Source: Auanema rhodensis
Taxonomy: Eukaryota; Animalia; Nematoda
Direction of reading: 5' to 3'
Assembly: GCA_964057225.1 (NCBI GenBank)
Contig: OZ059896.1
Coordinates: 17,050,001 to 17,114,000 of the forward strand
DNA length: 64,000 bases
Part shown: positions 51,525-64,000 of the stretch, in pieces
Layout: the number at the start of each line of letters is the position of its first letter
Numbering within the stretch: the stretch's first letter is position 1
Translations under genes and position numbers: made by a program
The notes under the pieces: generated by a model
Told to the model about the DNA's origin: nothing
Database searches by the model: none
Seen by the model: only the letters and a program-made list of their open reading frames with translations

Positions 51525-53867
51525 AATATATATCTCGCTTTAATCCTCTCTCATCTTTTGCTCCTCTACTAATTTCTCTCATCCTCTTCTTGGACCCAAT
51601 CTATTGATGCATCTCTCAATTTCCCTTAGAATTGCTTTTATTCTAAATTAGTTATATTGTTTATACAAAGTCTCATGATCTACCGATCAATGACATTATA
51701 ATATTATATTTCATTTCTGACTTTTGAATACGATTTCTCCACATTTGTACGAAAAAATGTTCTGCAAATCGCTATATGTTCATGATTTTTCATGGCCATA
51801 TTCTCGAATGTTTTGTCGTTTTTCGAATGAATGCGATCATCATCATCATAATGTCCGGGCTATGATGCTCCCTTTCGTGTGATTCTTGTTCGTTCTTAAC
51901 ATTCGTTCATGTAATTAGCTCAATTTTACTGATCGATGATCGCAACGAGCTTTGTCTTCAGCAACGGCATGTTCTACCGTCGGGGCTGAAGAATATTTTC
52001 TTTTGGAACGTGTTCACTATCCATAAAATTAGAAAAATCTGTCTAGTAGTTAGTTTAACGACAGTCGTACGACTCAGGCAAGTCTTCGTTGCCTTTTCAT
52101 ATGTTTGCGAACGATTCCTTCTAGATTTTACCTGTGCTCCTCTCGCTCTCTACGTACAATGTCTTCAGCGACACTTTTTCTTTTAACCTTCTGCTCTCTT
52201 GCTTTTAGCTATTCCTCTTCCTTGTTTATGCTTATGCATCATCTCTGTGTCGTTGTCTGCTCCTTTCTTTGGGCTACAGTTCAGACATAAGTAAACTTCT
52301 GCCGCTGCTCTCAGCTTTTCCTTTCCTTCTCAGTTTCACCCTCTATCTTTCATCCAGTTTCCTACCCTATCTTCATAAATTCCCTCTCTCTCTGTATGTA
52401 CTCTTCATTCACTTTAATTTGATACATCATCATCTTCGTCGACATCCTATAAGCACACAGCTGTAAGTCAATCATGCCTTTCATGATTTTCTCTGTTAGT
52501 GACGTAGCTTTCCTCCTGACAACATCACCAGCCTGTTTCTCCTTCAACCTCATACGCCTCCACCCTATGCACCCGGATCGTTTCGCCACGTACTCACATT
52601 CGGTTCAAATTTTATTTTCTCGCCGTCACAACTCTTCAATATCATGTTATCTCCAATGCTTTATAATTTCCAAAGTACATATAACTTCAACTGCTTCTAC
52701 AAATATCTTGAGTCACTTGTCAGCTATATCATCCAGATCAAATTATTCGAAACCTCTTTTTCCATATTTATTACTTTTTAAACTTGAAACCCGCCTATTT
52801 TCCAGTTGATTTGTTATTGCATTGAAGAAATGAGGCTTCCCGGCCTCTAAGAGATATATCAGAATGTCAATGACACTCGTGGGCTTTTCAACTGTAATGC
52901 TGATCATTTTTCCGTCTGGAAGATCGTATGGAATCATTCATCTGGCCACCGGACCTTCCCCCGAATACACCCAATATTCTCCCGGTTTACACTAATATAG
53001 CCTGATAAACCCACCAATATCCTCCAATCCGCCGAATTGTTGAGCAAAATGTTCAAAAAACCTTCCTTCATGACATTTCTCGAAACTGTGTTTTGCGTTC
53101 CCTCTTACAGCTCATTTCACCTCCTAGCATTTTCTTAGATTTGTCAACAACCTAACAGCTTGCTATTTCAATCTTCACTTACTTCCAAAAAACTTTCAAA
53201 TTTCTTAACATTTTGCTGTTCGTTTTACGCATTTTCTAGATTTTTGAAGAACTTTCGATAAGTTTTCATGTTCTTTTACGTTTCTTTTGAAGAATAGAAA
53301 TGTCAAAAGATATCACTTCTATCTCTCTTTCACACCTTCTCTTTCTCTTCTTTTCTCTCTCTCACTCTCTCTCTCTCTATTTCTGTCCAACATGCCAGTT
53401 TGTTTCCTCCTTAATTCTATCATTTTTTTCCATTTTGATCTTTATTGTCTACGTTAGTTGTCATTTTATTTTAAATGATTATTCATTTTTTACCATTAAA
53501 CCATATAACCTTTACCTGATATCCACCAAAAATCGACATGTTTGTTAGTTCATTTCGCTAAATACCGTAAATATCTTCTATCATCAACCTATCAGCACTC
53601 TGCCCCTCTCAACCCCTTTTCCGACTCTCCGTATTTCATTTTTACTTCTGTTTCAAAGAGAGTAGTTGAAATGACTAAACGGAAATATTATGACGACGTT
53701 CTAAATCTGTTTTGACATCATCATCTGATTTTTTCTTCAGTAACATCACAACGTACCTTTTTGTCTCTTTTCATCCCTGCTTCTTCTATCTATGTCATCC
53801 AACTCTTCGCTCTCTCATCTATCTTTCTCTCTCTCTCCCTTCCTGTTTCCATCTCTCTCTCTCTCAC

Positions 53868-53916
<49 letters not shown>

Positions 53917-56900
53917 TTCAACAATTTCCAAAAAAAAAGAAAATTTAGTTGATAAACTAGTTGAAATGTTCTTGAAACATGCATATACACAAATCGTAAA
54001 AGTTGTCGTTTTGCTGTTCTTCGCCTTCTCATATTTTTTTGAGTGGCGACCGTATTTTCGTGACAACTGATTACCTTATCTTCATTTTCTTCTTCTCAAT
54101 TCGTTCGGTTCAACAATCATTGCTTCTACTTCTTCTTCTCCACCTTCTTTTTCCATATCCAAGTTCCAATGACATATGATGAGAGAATATAAATAGCCTG
54201 GAGGGTCAATCTAATCATTACTTCATCATATCAAGTTCAGTTGCCGTTTTCTCGGAAACTGAACTTTGTCCTCGTTGTGCTAAACCGAAAAAAAAACTGA
54301 TAGAAACACATTGATTAAGCATTATTTATATAATAACCACATTTATATTTTAATAATACGTTCATATAGTTATACTAAAATGATATTTGTCCTTTTATAT
54401 CATTTCATTTTTATATTTATAGGTTTACGTTGAAGTTGGTGAGCAGTACGAGCTCTTAAGACCAGGTCAAGATTTTGAAATTCGACGACATCTATCGGGA
54501 AGGTTAGTACAATAATACATTTTCTCGTTTATTCTGCAAAAAAATACAAAAAATTTCGCACCTTTTGTTGAAAAAACAAAACTAATTGACAGTAAAAAGA
54601 GCAGATGTTTCATTAGAAAAAAGGAAACAATGGCTTTTGTGTATTTCTATCCTCTTCATACATTCATTGTGTTCAATGAAAATACACATTTTTCATTTTT
54701 AATTGTATTTTAGTTAAAAAAACTAGAAATATGATGATAATGCTCATGACATTTTCAAATTTTCCGGTTTTTCTTCCGGAACTCAACGTCTCATTTTCTG
54801 TCTTCTGTATATTGACGCTGCATCAGCTCTGTATAATCTGAAGCAGACGGGGGGTAATGCTAACGATGCTGACGATGATGATGATAACAACAGAAACGAA
54901 GATTCTCATACTCACCACAATGAGCATCGTCGTCAGCATTATCGGCTTCTGATGTCATTCGTCTATCGTTCTCTCTTTCTCTATTTTTTTGATGCTCTCT
55001 CAGCTACCTTAAAACCATCTTCAGCATACATCATGCACATCCAGCTTTCTCATCAACAACATAATCAGAAATCAGTTCCGTTTGAACGGCTGAGCCAATT
55101 ATTTACTCTGCGAATCGTGTCGGTTCAATTTGAGTTTTCGTTTTTTTTTTGCCTCCAGGAAATTAAAGAAAAAATAAGCATGATGATTTACTCTGCAACT
55201 GTTACTTAGAGTTGCAAACAAAATAAAATGGAAGTCTGTGAAGGAAATTCTTCACAGCTTTCATGACATCTTGTTATTGCGGCTGTTGGCTGTTGAAGTA
55301 CATACGACAGCTAGAAGTCGCACATGTATTTCATGACTCAACTTGTAATTTTACTTCTTCAACCACATAAAAGCCAGTAATGGTGTGACGATAAGCCGCA
55401 CCATCTCTATCTGCTGAACAATTTTTTCGACTAATCATGTGTTATTCTGCTGTTTCCTCGTAATTCAAGCTTCATGTCCATTTTTGCTATCATTTTATCT
55501 TTGTTTCTTATTATCTCTTCATATGATATTCAGTTACAAACTCTCTATACTTTGATGTTCCTTTTCAATCTCTTTTCTCTTTCTCTCTGTAGTATGTATT
55601 ATCTCTCTTTATCATACCTCACTCTCTCTCTGTCTTTCTTTCTTTCTCTTTCTTATAATCTCTTTCTCTTTTCTCTCAGACCAATACATTATCTTATAAA
55701 TTTTAAAATAAAATGACCATCTATGGTCACTTATTACTACAAAACTAAATAATAAAATGTGTCAAATTATTAAAGATAATATTCTTTATTTTTCTTTTCA
55801 TTATCATATTATCTTCTACCTTTGATTTTTCTTTGTCTCATTAGTCTTATTGAACTTTTCGTTATTTAATTTCATTCAAGACAAACAGATGACCAAAGCA
55901 TTACATCTCTATCAACATCTAGCTCCGCTTGCCTCATACTCTCTCAGCATCAGCTACACACATACACACACTCACACAATCTCTTCGTTATATCTTCTTC
56001 TTGTCATATTAATTTTATTAAGATTCTTGTAAACTTTTCATTATTTTAAGCAAATATCGATTTAAACTCCTTCTCTTATCATTCTTATTCTCATAATTTA
56101 TTTACTTTATATTACTGATTATCTACATTTTAAAGACATCAGTTTCCTATCCCATATTATCATTTTCTACTCATTCTGCACCCATATCTTAGCTCATCAG
56201 GTGTATCATTACTCACCTCTGTTCCGTGTCTCTTTTCTTATTCTTCTGAATCATGTCTTTAGATGGATACTATTGTGTGTTGAACAACGAAACATCAGCC
56301 ATATTTCTTTAATTCGAATTTCGTCAATGCCATCTGTTGACAACAATTTTCTATTTTTTTGTATAAATTGAAGTCATTTTCATTATCTTTTTCTTCCGGT
56401 AAAGACAATTCATTCATTAATTTGCCAGTGTATCATCAACACAAGCCTATTAGCAATTGAACTCATTTGAACTTTTGATCTCAAGATCTTTGGAATTCTA
56501 ACATATACATATAATATATTTGAATAAGCTTAACTATCTATACAATATAATATGAACATATTTATAGTTAAGTATAATTGCTGTTCATAAAATTACTTTT
56601 CAAAACCTTAAATTATATTTATATGCATATCTAAGATATTGATTTGTTTATTTGATCTACAATGACCTCTTAGCTCTCTTGTTTTTTAATACTATTTCTT
56701 AATGAATCAAAAATCAAAAACCAAATAAGGAGTAGTATGAGTTTGTGATTACTTTTCATATTTATTCTAATTTTCTTATATATATTAGTAATTTATCTGT
56801 TTTGATAGATTTTTTTTTCTCTATAATAACATGCCTTATATAACTATAATTATAATATATAATTAGTCATATTTCTTAAATATATATATGGTCTCATTTC

Positions 56901-57251
56901 TTCTACTTATAATATTTTCCCTTTCATCTACAAGCATATCTTTTATGTGCCACAAGCCTTTAATACAGAAATAGATGGCAAAATCGGAGATAAAGCCTTA
57001 TCAATACTTGGAATTTTTTTTTTCGATTGAACACAAAGAACTTGTAGATTAATCGCAATATTCGTAAATCTCTCCTTTCTCTGCTCTTATTGTCTAGAAG
57101 TCAGTTTGAATTTGTACTCGTCTACTGATTGTCTGACAACCATCGCACGTGGTAACATCTCACGTATGTAAATCACACGTGGTGTCATTCTACGTGCATT
57201 GAGATATGCTGAGTACGGTTGTTCTCTTTCTTTCTTTCTTTCTTTCTTTCT

Positions 57252-57324
<73 letters not shown>

Positions 57325-60300
57325 CACTTAATTTTTCCTTCTTTTTTACTTCAAAATCTGCAATTCTTGTTCTTCCTATATTCTGATTCTGTCTTCCGCT
57401 CTATCCTTACAATCAATTTTTGTTTTATTTTTTTACATCATGCGTACATCCTGAGTACTTTTGATGAAAAAAAACTGGTCATCCGGAGGACGAAGAACAA
57501 AAAATAATAATTTGCCGTATCTGGTTCAACATCTTAACATTTTGGTCCCATAATACGTGTTTATTTATAATTTTTGTCAGCCTGTTTCCTTGCTACACCC
57601 ATTTCGTCTAAACAACTTTGTACCTGTTTTTTGTGCAACAATTCCTTTGATTTCACGTGCTCGCTTAACAATTTATCATATGTTTCACTATATGCGTTCA
57701 TTTAGATATCTATATTCACATGATTGTTCACACGATATGTGGTTCACCATGTGTTTTCTGTTTTTGTTGTTTCAAATTTCCTGAATATGCTCAGCATTAC
57801 TTTCCGGATTTTAGAAAAAAATTTCTGAGGGAGAGAGAGAGAATGAGAAAAAGCTAAATAAAAAATGGAACGAAGCGACGACAGGAAGGAAGAGCTTGTT
57901 TCGGAAATACCAAAAAAAATTGAAATGAAATGTATTCAGCTTTAAGTTTTGAATCATCACAACAACATAGTTTGTGAAATACTCACAAGTTATATTGAAT
58001 GATGAGATTGAGCATTGCACAGATGCCTTCATCTGAATATTCTGAATTGTCATTCAGTTTCATCACATCTCTCTCTCTCCTCTCTCTCTCTCTCTCCTTC
58101 TATCTCTTTATTCCAATTTGACATTATCTCATCTGTCAGTTTCACCATTTGACTTTCATTTTTTTTCTTCCAAAATTTAAGGTTGTCATAAGGGACAATA
58201 CATGCTTTTTGTGATAATTATCAATCTTTTGTGTGCATGTGGCTGGTAGAAATCGAAATCGGGGGAGGAGAATACAAAGTGAGAATGCAATAGACGAGAC
58301 TGCACGAGGCTTTGAACACAAAGAGAAAAAAAGTTTTTAACTCTTATCTTAATTCTATTATTTATATTTTATCTCTTATCTTCGCATAATAACCATTATC
58401 TAAAACTATCTGCATTTTTTTCATTCTTTGTCTTTCAGTACCTCTTAATCTTACCTCTTCACCCATATTGTGCCGTTTGTCAAAGTTAATGCTCAACCGC
58501 CTACATCATACACAACGATCGTGTTTCTTCTTCCGTTTTTTGAGCTTCCTCTTCTTCGTCGTCTTCTTCAGAATCGTAATGCTCAATTCTTTTTAGTTGT
58601 CTTCATCTTTCTTCTCCTAAATTTTATTTTAAACATCTCCTTCTAAACGAACAACTTTTCTCATCTAGTACTTATATCTTGAACTTCCTGCTCATTCAGT
58701 GAGTTGAGAATTTAACTGACACATCGTTCGTTGTTTTAGCTTTTCTAAAAATAATTTTGTGTGTCTAATTCATCATTCTAAAGCTTTTTCTGGCTTTTTC
58801 TCATTTTTCTAATTGGCCCATTTCTTATTGATCCGGAAAAATACAGTTTTATCTGATTCCGGGTTCATATTATCACCCTTTCTGCTCCATTTGCCCCTTT
58901 CTATTTCTGTCTCTCCTCCCCCCATTCCGTTTTCTTTCTTCCTCTACATATTGCATCCTGTCAATAGTCCATGGCATGGCACGTGAACATGAGGTGGTCA
59001 GTTTTTACTTGGTGTCAGCCTTCTAATTGGCTGTATACTGGCTATCTATCAGAATGGCTCTACCTCTCTAACCTCTAAGCGACCTTTGTCTCTTGTTATC
59101 CTCATTTCTCTTCCATCTAATGCTGCTTCTTCTTTCATTCTGCCCTCTCTGTTCTGACTGATCTTGATATCTTTGCTCTCAGAGTTCTTACAAACTCCTT
59201 TCTTTCAAGTTAAAGAAACGATTTTAGTTTTTTCTTGTTATTCATATCCTGGCACTATCTTTCATATCACATGAGTTTCATCCTCCTTCTCTCATTCACC
59301 TTCTGGTCAGCCTCATTTATCCACCTTTTGGTCTATGATCTTATTGCTGTGGCCCGCGTATATCGCTCAAAAAAGTGGGCGGGGTTTGTGGTGGTGTTAG
59401 TGATGTGCGTCTTCTTTCTACCTGATGCGTTGCGACGACGAGGCCAGCAACATCGTCAGCCGTTGTTTCGTGGTCGACTTCGTCGACCACTGTGCCAGAT
59501 TCTCGCCCGGTTGCGTCTCTATTTCATGAGATGCTTCCATTCATATCTCTAATCATCATCTACCACTCTGTCAGTTTTCATGTTTGAGATTATCTAATAA
59601 CTACATGCCGGCTGACCTTCTTGTACTACGTCAGGATGTCGGAATCTGAAAATGATTAGGTTTTGGCCTAAGGGGTGTGGAGTATGATGTCGTGTGGTGT
59701 TGTCGAAGTATCTAGAGCTACTGCAATAAGACAGACAGAGAAAGAGAGAGATAAAGAGAGGGCTATGGGTTATAGAGAGAATTATCGACCAGCTTTCAAT
59801 CTATACAGTGTTAGATGATTTGGTGGGGTGGTTAGAGAGTAGAAAAGGGGTGTTAGGATAACATTGATCTGTATATTTCTTCTTGAATCATCCGCACATG
59901 TTCTTTTTCTTTATTTATTGATCTTATCACTTTTACATCTCAAAAAGTTTTGTTATTTCTCTCTCTATTACTCTCCCTATTACTCTCTCTGCCCATTTTT
60001 GATTTTAACCTACTTTTCTGGGCAAGAATTACAAAATTAAGTGTTTTGTGTGTGCTTTGGTAAATCAGTCATCATCATGCAATACTCCTCACTCCACACA
60101 TCCACCTCTTATGTGAGGCCACACAGAGGCCAGGCTACAATCAACACAATCCCATTCACGGCACCCAACACATTCTGTGTGAGAAAATACAGTACTGTCA
60201 GTAGATATTCTTTGATTCCTTATTCTTCATTGTTCTGATATTAAACTGATAATGTTGCTTCTTATCACCATATTCGCTGTATTTTTCATTTCAACTTCGG

Positions 60301-60922
60301 CTCAAATCCATTGCAAGCTGCGATGAACTGGATGGTTAGCATGTCAACCTGTCAGCATCTCATTCATCTGTTCAACATAGATATTATGTACTCTATACTA
60401 ACTATGATATAGAAAAACTTAATTTTCTGATTTTTGATCGTTTTTTGGTTTTGTCCAATGCTGCCTGCCATATTTTAATTTTTCTTCTGTTCTAAATTTA
60501 TATATATAAATGAATCACATTTAGCTCATTTGTACTGCCTATCTTCTATCTATTCCGTTTGGTCTTTCTTGTCTCATTTTTTCCAACTCATTCTCTTTTA
60601 CTTCTTATTATTTCTCTATCCCCCCCCTCTCATTTCTCTGACGTTCTTATATATATTTTCTATTCTCCTTACATTGCTCACTGTCATCACAACTCGCTGT
60701 TCCAATCATATTTCTTTCCCTTTTTTTGGGTCTAAAGATCTTTGAAATCAGGGTATAAACGGTACCATGTCTGAAGACTACAGACTGAGAGCGGGTGGAG
60801 CCAGGCAGGCAGGTACATGTCTGCCGCTCTGTCGATCGCTCTTTCTATTTTTTCTTCTTTTATCTGTTAAAGTCATAATGTCATGTCTGAATGTGTCAAA
60901 CCCAAGTTTTCTCGGTTCACTC

Positions 60923-60979
<57 letters not shown>

Positions 60980-61594
60980 GCTTATGATACAGCTACTTTT
61001 CTTTATGTTCATGTTCATCTATCTAGCTTCATGTATTTTATATATTTAAGTAAATCATCATACGTTCAGCTTCACATCTAGTTGCTCCACTCTATATTTT
61101 TTTATTTTTCCGATTTTTTAAAAGAAAAAAACATCGAAGAGCAGAGTTTTTTTAGCGATATCTTGTTGCAAAAGAATAACATGTATAACTACAACTACTG
61201 TATATTTTTATTCTTATATTGACGAAAGCTATACGAGTCAACTATCTTAATTCTCAAGTAGGATGTATGACACTCAAATCTGATTCATGATCTTTTTTTT
61301 TTTCATAAAAAATACTTGATATTTACGTGAAATACATAGATTCTGCTTTTTTAGCAGAAAGCTAGGTTCTTCTGACTTCCTTGATTCATCGCCAAGATAA
61401 TCCAATATGTTGTTTTTCCATCCTATTTGTTACTTCGTTGTTGCTTTTCAATCAACATCTCTTTATTTCAGATCGCGAGAACAACGATTTATTGCTGAAG
61501 ACGAAACGGTAACACTACTCAAAATGCACGTCGAGCAGTTATGTAAAGCTCTGGACACAACAGATTTGGACGATGAAATACAGCCTAAGTCAAG
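40708..61594 (+). CDS. cGMP-dependent protein kinase-like gene, N-terminal regulatory half (pkg-2/egl-4 family); continues beyond window
   Basis: Exons at 40708-40782, 40898-41001, 43343-43445, 43595-43658, 43707-43820, 44267-44372, 44425-44557, 54423-54502 and 61472-61594 are all phase-compatible. They encode a coiled coil (LLTEIEVRDEIIEDLRRELD), a pseudosubstrate-like RKTAVSSE, cNMP domain A (NAFLSNLD...IIRQGDLGNTMYVIQEG...LFGELAILHHSERTATVRA...LWGIER) and a degenerate domain B. The kinase domain is not in the window, so the kinase call is inferred from architecture. Confidence 0.82.
43151..43212 (+). CDS. Putative alternative first exon of the PKG-like gene
   Basis: AAAATG context; encodes MRFRNHSNFLRSRTCRYIPAR. 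Strong phase-2 donor CAG|GTAATC matches the phase-2 acceptor at 43343, 130 nt downstream. Confidence 0.6.
47807..47930. repeat. Imperfect (CT)n / polypyrimidine tract
   Basis: About 120 nt of almost pure C/T. Confidence 0.9.
52070..53095 (-). pseudogene. Decayed intronless coding-like insert (possible transposon or viral ORF remnant) in PKG intron 7
   Basis: Microsatellite-free stretch that is GC-richer than its flanks. One minus-strand frame links the two listed ORFs (52743-52937 and 52362-52589) and reads protein-like through many stop codons. Confidence 0.45.
53826..53912. repeat. (CT)n microsatellite cluster
   Basis: Interrupted TC runs. Confidence 0.9.
57146..57196. promoter_or_regulatory. 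Array of four (C/T)ACGT(G/A) E-box/HRE-like hexamers at exact 15-bp spacing
   Basis: CACGTG at 57146, CACGTA at 57161, CACGTG at 57176 and TACGTG at 57191; the spacers are largely dissimilar. Confidence 0.55.
57223..57320. repeat. Compound (TCTT)n-(CT)n microsatellite
   Basis: Tetranucleotide run followed by a dinucleotide run. Confidence 0.95.
60926..60975. repeat. (CT)n microsatellite
   Basis: Uninterrupted TC run. Confidence 0.95.
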
Positions 61595-64000
61595 GTTAGT
61601 TCACTTATATGTCTCATATTCATTGTTTACTTATATATACACACATATATATATATATATTATTCATGATGAAAATCTCAATATATTATATTCTTTCAAT
61701 CTCTCGTTGTCTGTCATGCTTACTGCTTCCATACCATCATTGCTGCAGCAATGTGAGAAGAGGCAGTAACACGACTAAAGAGCATATTGTAGATGAAATT
61801 GAAGCATCGAAAATAATATAAAATTTAAGAAACGTGATGTGAGAAAGAGATATGTTTGTAGTAGTTTATGTTGTATCTGTGTATGTTTGACCCTTTTTGC
61901 TTCTCGCACTGTTTTAACTGTAAGAATATCTCACTTTGGAATGATCCTTGATCATTTGATTATTTTTATTAGTTTATTCCAGTTTCTCTCTCTCTCTCTT
62001 TCTTTCTCTCTTTCTTTCTATCTATCTATCTTTATATCCATAAATCTATTCCATATTTCTCCTTATACTTTTCTTTATGTAATATATCTCTTATTTCCCT
62101 TTCAATTACTCAATATCTAACAATGTTTTATGGCCATTGGAAGTATACTTATTAGACCTGAAATGGTATTTAAGCCTAAGGACGTGTATAGCTTCTGTTT
62201 TCCAGCATGGTCACTTCCAAGTCTACTAATAGCACTGATCAAACTTGGCTTATTGTGCTGTTCGTATTTCGAACGAGTGATGTTAGATCACTCAACGAAC
62301 GATCTTTTGCTCTTAGCCGTCCTCTCACTAGCTCGATCGTTTATTCGTCCTCCAATGTTTCTGCGTCTTTCGACTGTGTCGCCGGTTTATTGACATTTGG
62401 GACCAAGAATACATTGTGCGGATAATGCACGTAGTCATTGAAAACGAAAACACATAGTATTGTCTGATGTAACTGTAAGCAAGTAGATGTTGCCCTCCTT
62501 TGCAATGCTGACGAAAGCTGTTTTCGTCTTCTCGAAATACATAATATTCATTTTATTTTCATTGGTCTCTTACAGTATCATGGTATTGAGTCTGGTAACC
62601 TGTATAACAAACGAGAGAGGGAGAAAGGGGGGAGGTAAAGTTGAACGGTTCATTTTTGATTTCGTTGTTTGAAAAAATTGAATATTATCACATCTATATA
62701 ATCTAATCTGTCTTAACACGAAGAACACGAGAAAAAATGCTAAAGATATGATAAGTTGTTTATTGTATCACACTCTAAATGATTAATGAGTATAAGAAAA
62801 ATGATTTCCCCTCCCTTTCTCTTCGAATATAAAAGAAAGAAAGAGATATGAAAAGAATGTGAAAGATACATGGTTAGTATATAGTAGAATATAGAAGATG
62901 AAATGAAAAAAAAAAACAATTTCTCTTCTTTTTTTTCATTCGGGCTATCAAAAGAAACATCATGCTATATCTGATTTGGAATAAGAAGAGACAAAGTGAT
63001 AGAGAAAAGCTATGCACAACCGTTCTGCACGCGAACACCCATCCATATAAACTATTTGAACGAATGTTTTCACGTGAATCACGGAAATGTCCTCTCCTCT
63101 CCTGTCCTGTCAAATTCGAATTTTGAAATTGATATTATGGGAAATAATTCGAACTGAAAACATTTGTAAACATGTCCAATATATGAGATGATCGAGGTCA
63201 TGTTTCAGCTGTTTTTAACCATGACTTCATAATTAATTATAAAAATTTAATATACTTGAATATGATATCAAAAAATATAAAGATTAAAATTCAATAAATA
63301 TAATGTAGATTTTTAATTTCATTTTTGCTTTTTTCTTTTTGATCTTGCTCTCAATCTGGTTTACCAACTACAAAAATCAAACAAAGTAGACTATTATGAC
63401 ATAAGGAGCATTTCTTAATTTCAATCTTGCGTCTTTCATCTTTTAATTTTCGAATTTGTGAAAGAAAAAGTATTTTAGTGCTTTTATATTCAATCGAAAA
63501 TAGCACAAAGAGTAATGATGTATACACAATTGATACTGCTTATGCAGGCAGCATCAGCAGCTCCAGCATCACAACAGTCCAGATGACTGTGTATTGATGT
63601 GCTGTTGTTGTATTAGAAGCGAGGTATAATAGTTGTCTGTGAGTGTGCTTAATATGAACTTGTATATCAAAAAGCTTTTAAGCATATGTATTTATGTTAT
63701 GAAGATTAGAATATTTCATCACGTCAGCAGATAGGTATTGTCTGAAAGCTTTGTATGTCTTCTCTATCTTCTGTCTGATAGATGTTTCTGAGCAATTGTT
63801 GAGCAGACTATATTTCGCTTTCGCTCATCTCTTAACAGACATTTATGTACGCAATGCTTGTGTATCAACTAAGTCTGGTTATCGACGGCTTCGTATCGTT
63901 GATTATCAACAGAAGCTGCACCATCATCATCTGCTCATTCAATATTACGTCATTTCAACAACCTTTTCGTGGTGTGTATGTGAGGATTCTAGACTGTCTT

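Noticed and set aside
52070-53095. Alternative genetic code as the explanation for stops in the decayed ORF
   Set aside because: All three stop codons occur at roughly random frequency, so ordinary decay is the simpler explanation.
60767-60812. MSEDYRLRAGGARQA with donor CAG|GTACAT as an alternative PKG first exon
   Set aside because: The donor is phase 1 but the next exon (61472) needs phase 2.
46726-61081. ORF-track entries with SLSLSL or ERERER runs (e.g. 47777-48010, 53712-54070, 57199-57507, 60767-61081; also 15935-16258)
   Set aside because: They are translations of (CT/GA)n microsatellites, with no splice-consistent gene structure.
62130-62560. GC-richer patch with overlapping short ORFs in the last PKG intron
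   Set aside because: No recognisable motif in any frame I read and no phase-compatible splice sites. It may be a decayed insert but is unsupported.
1-64000. tRNA/rRNA genes, telomeric TTAGGC arrays, CRISPR arrays, intact transposons
   Set aside because: By eye I saw no cloverleaf with A/B boxes, no tandem TTAGGC, no repeat-spacer array, and no transposase or reverse transcriptase motifs. A covariance-model scan would be needed to exclude small ncRNAs.

Overview
AT-rich eukaryotic genomic DNA from a nematode, probably a rhabditid. The evidence is TTTCAG acceptors, very many 40-55 nt introns and trans-splice-type acceptors just before start codons. Genes reconstructed by hand from splice sites and reading-frame phase: (1) 3' part of CTR9, then DDX54/DBP10 and PCNA, all co-oriented and compact, with a double E2F site before PCNA; (2) a 12.4 kb gene for a secreted, GPI-type receptor with four GDNF-receptor/GAS1 cysteine domains, S/T-rich stalks and a C-terminal region that aligns by eye to RECK; (3) an SLC22/OCT-type MFS transporter (-); (4) a two-C2H2-finger protein with SUMO-interacting-like motifs (-); (5) an acid sphingomyelinase-like gene (+) with one non-AG acceptor; (6) two tandem paralogous small secreted proteins of unknown family (-); (7) the 5' part of a cGMP-dependent protein kinase-like gene with very large introns, running off the window end. 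The most interesting candidates are the GFRalpha-RECK hybrid receptor with several phase-compatible alternative first and last exons, an alternative PKG first exon that skips the zipper and pseudosubstrate, a degenerate second cNMP site, a decayed intronless ORF antisense in a PKG intron, and exactly 15-bp-phased CACGTG arrays. All homology calls rest on motif recognition only; no database search was run.
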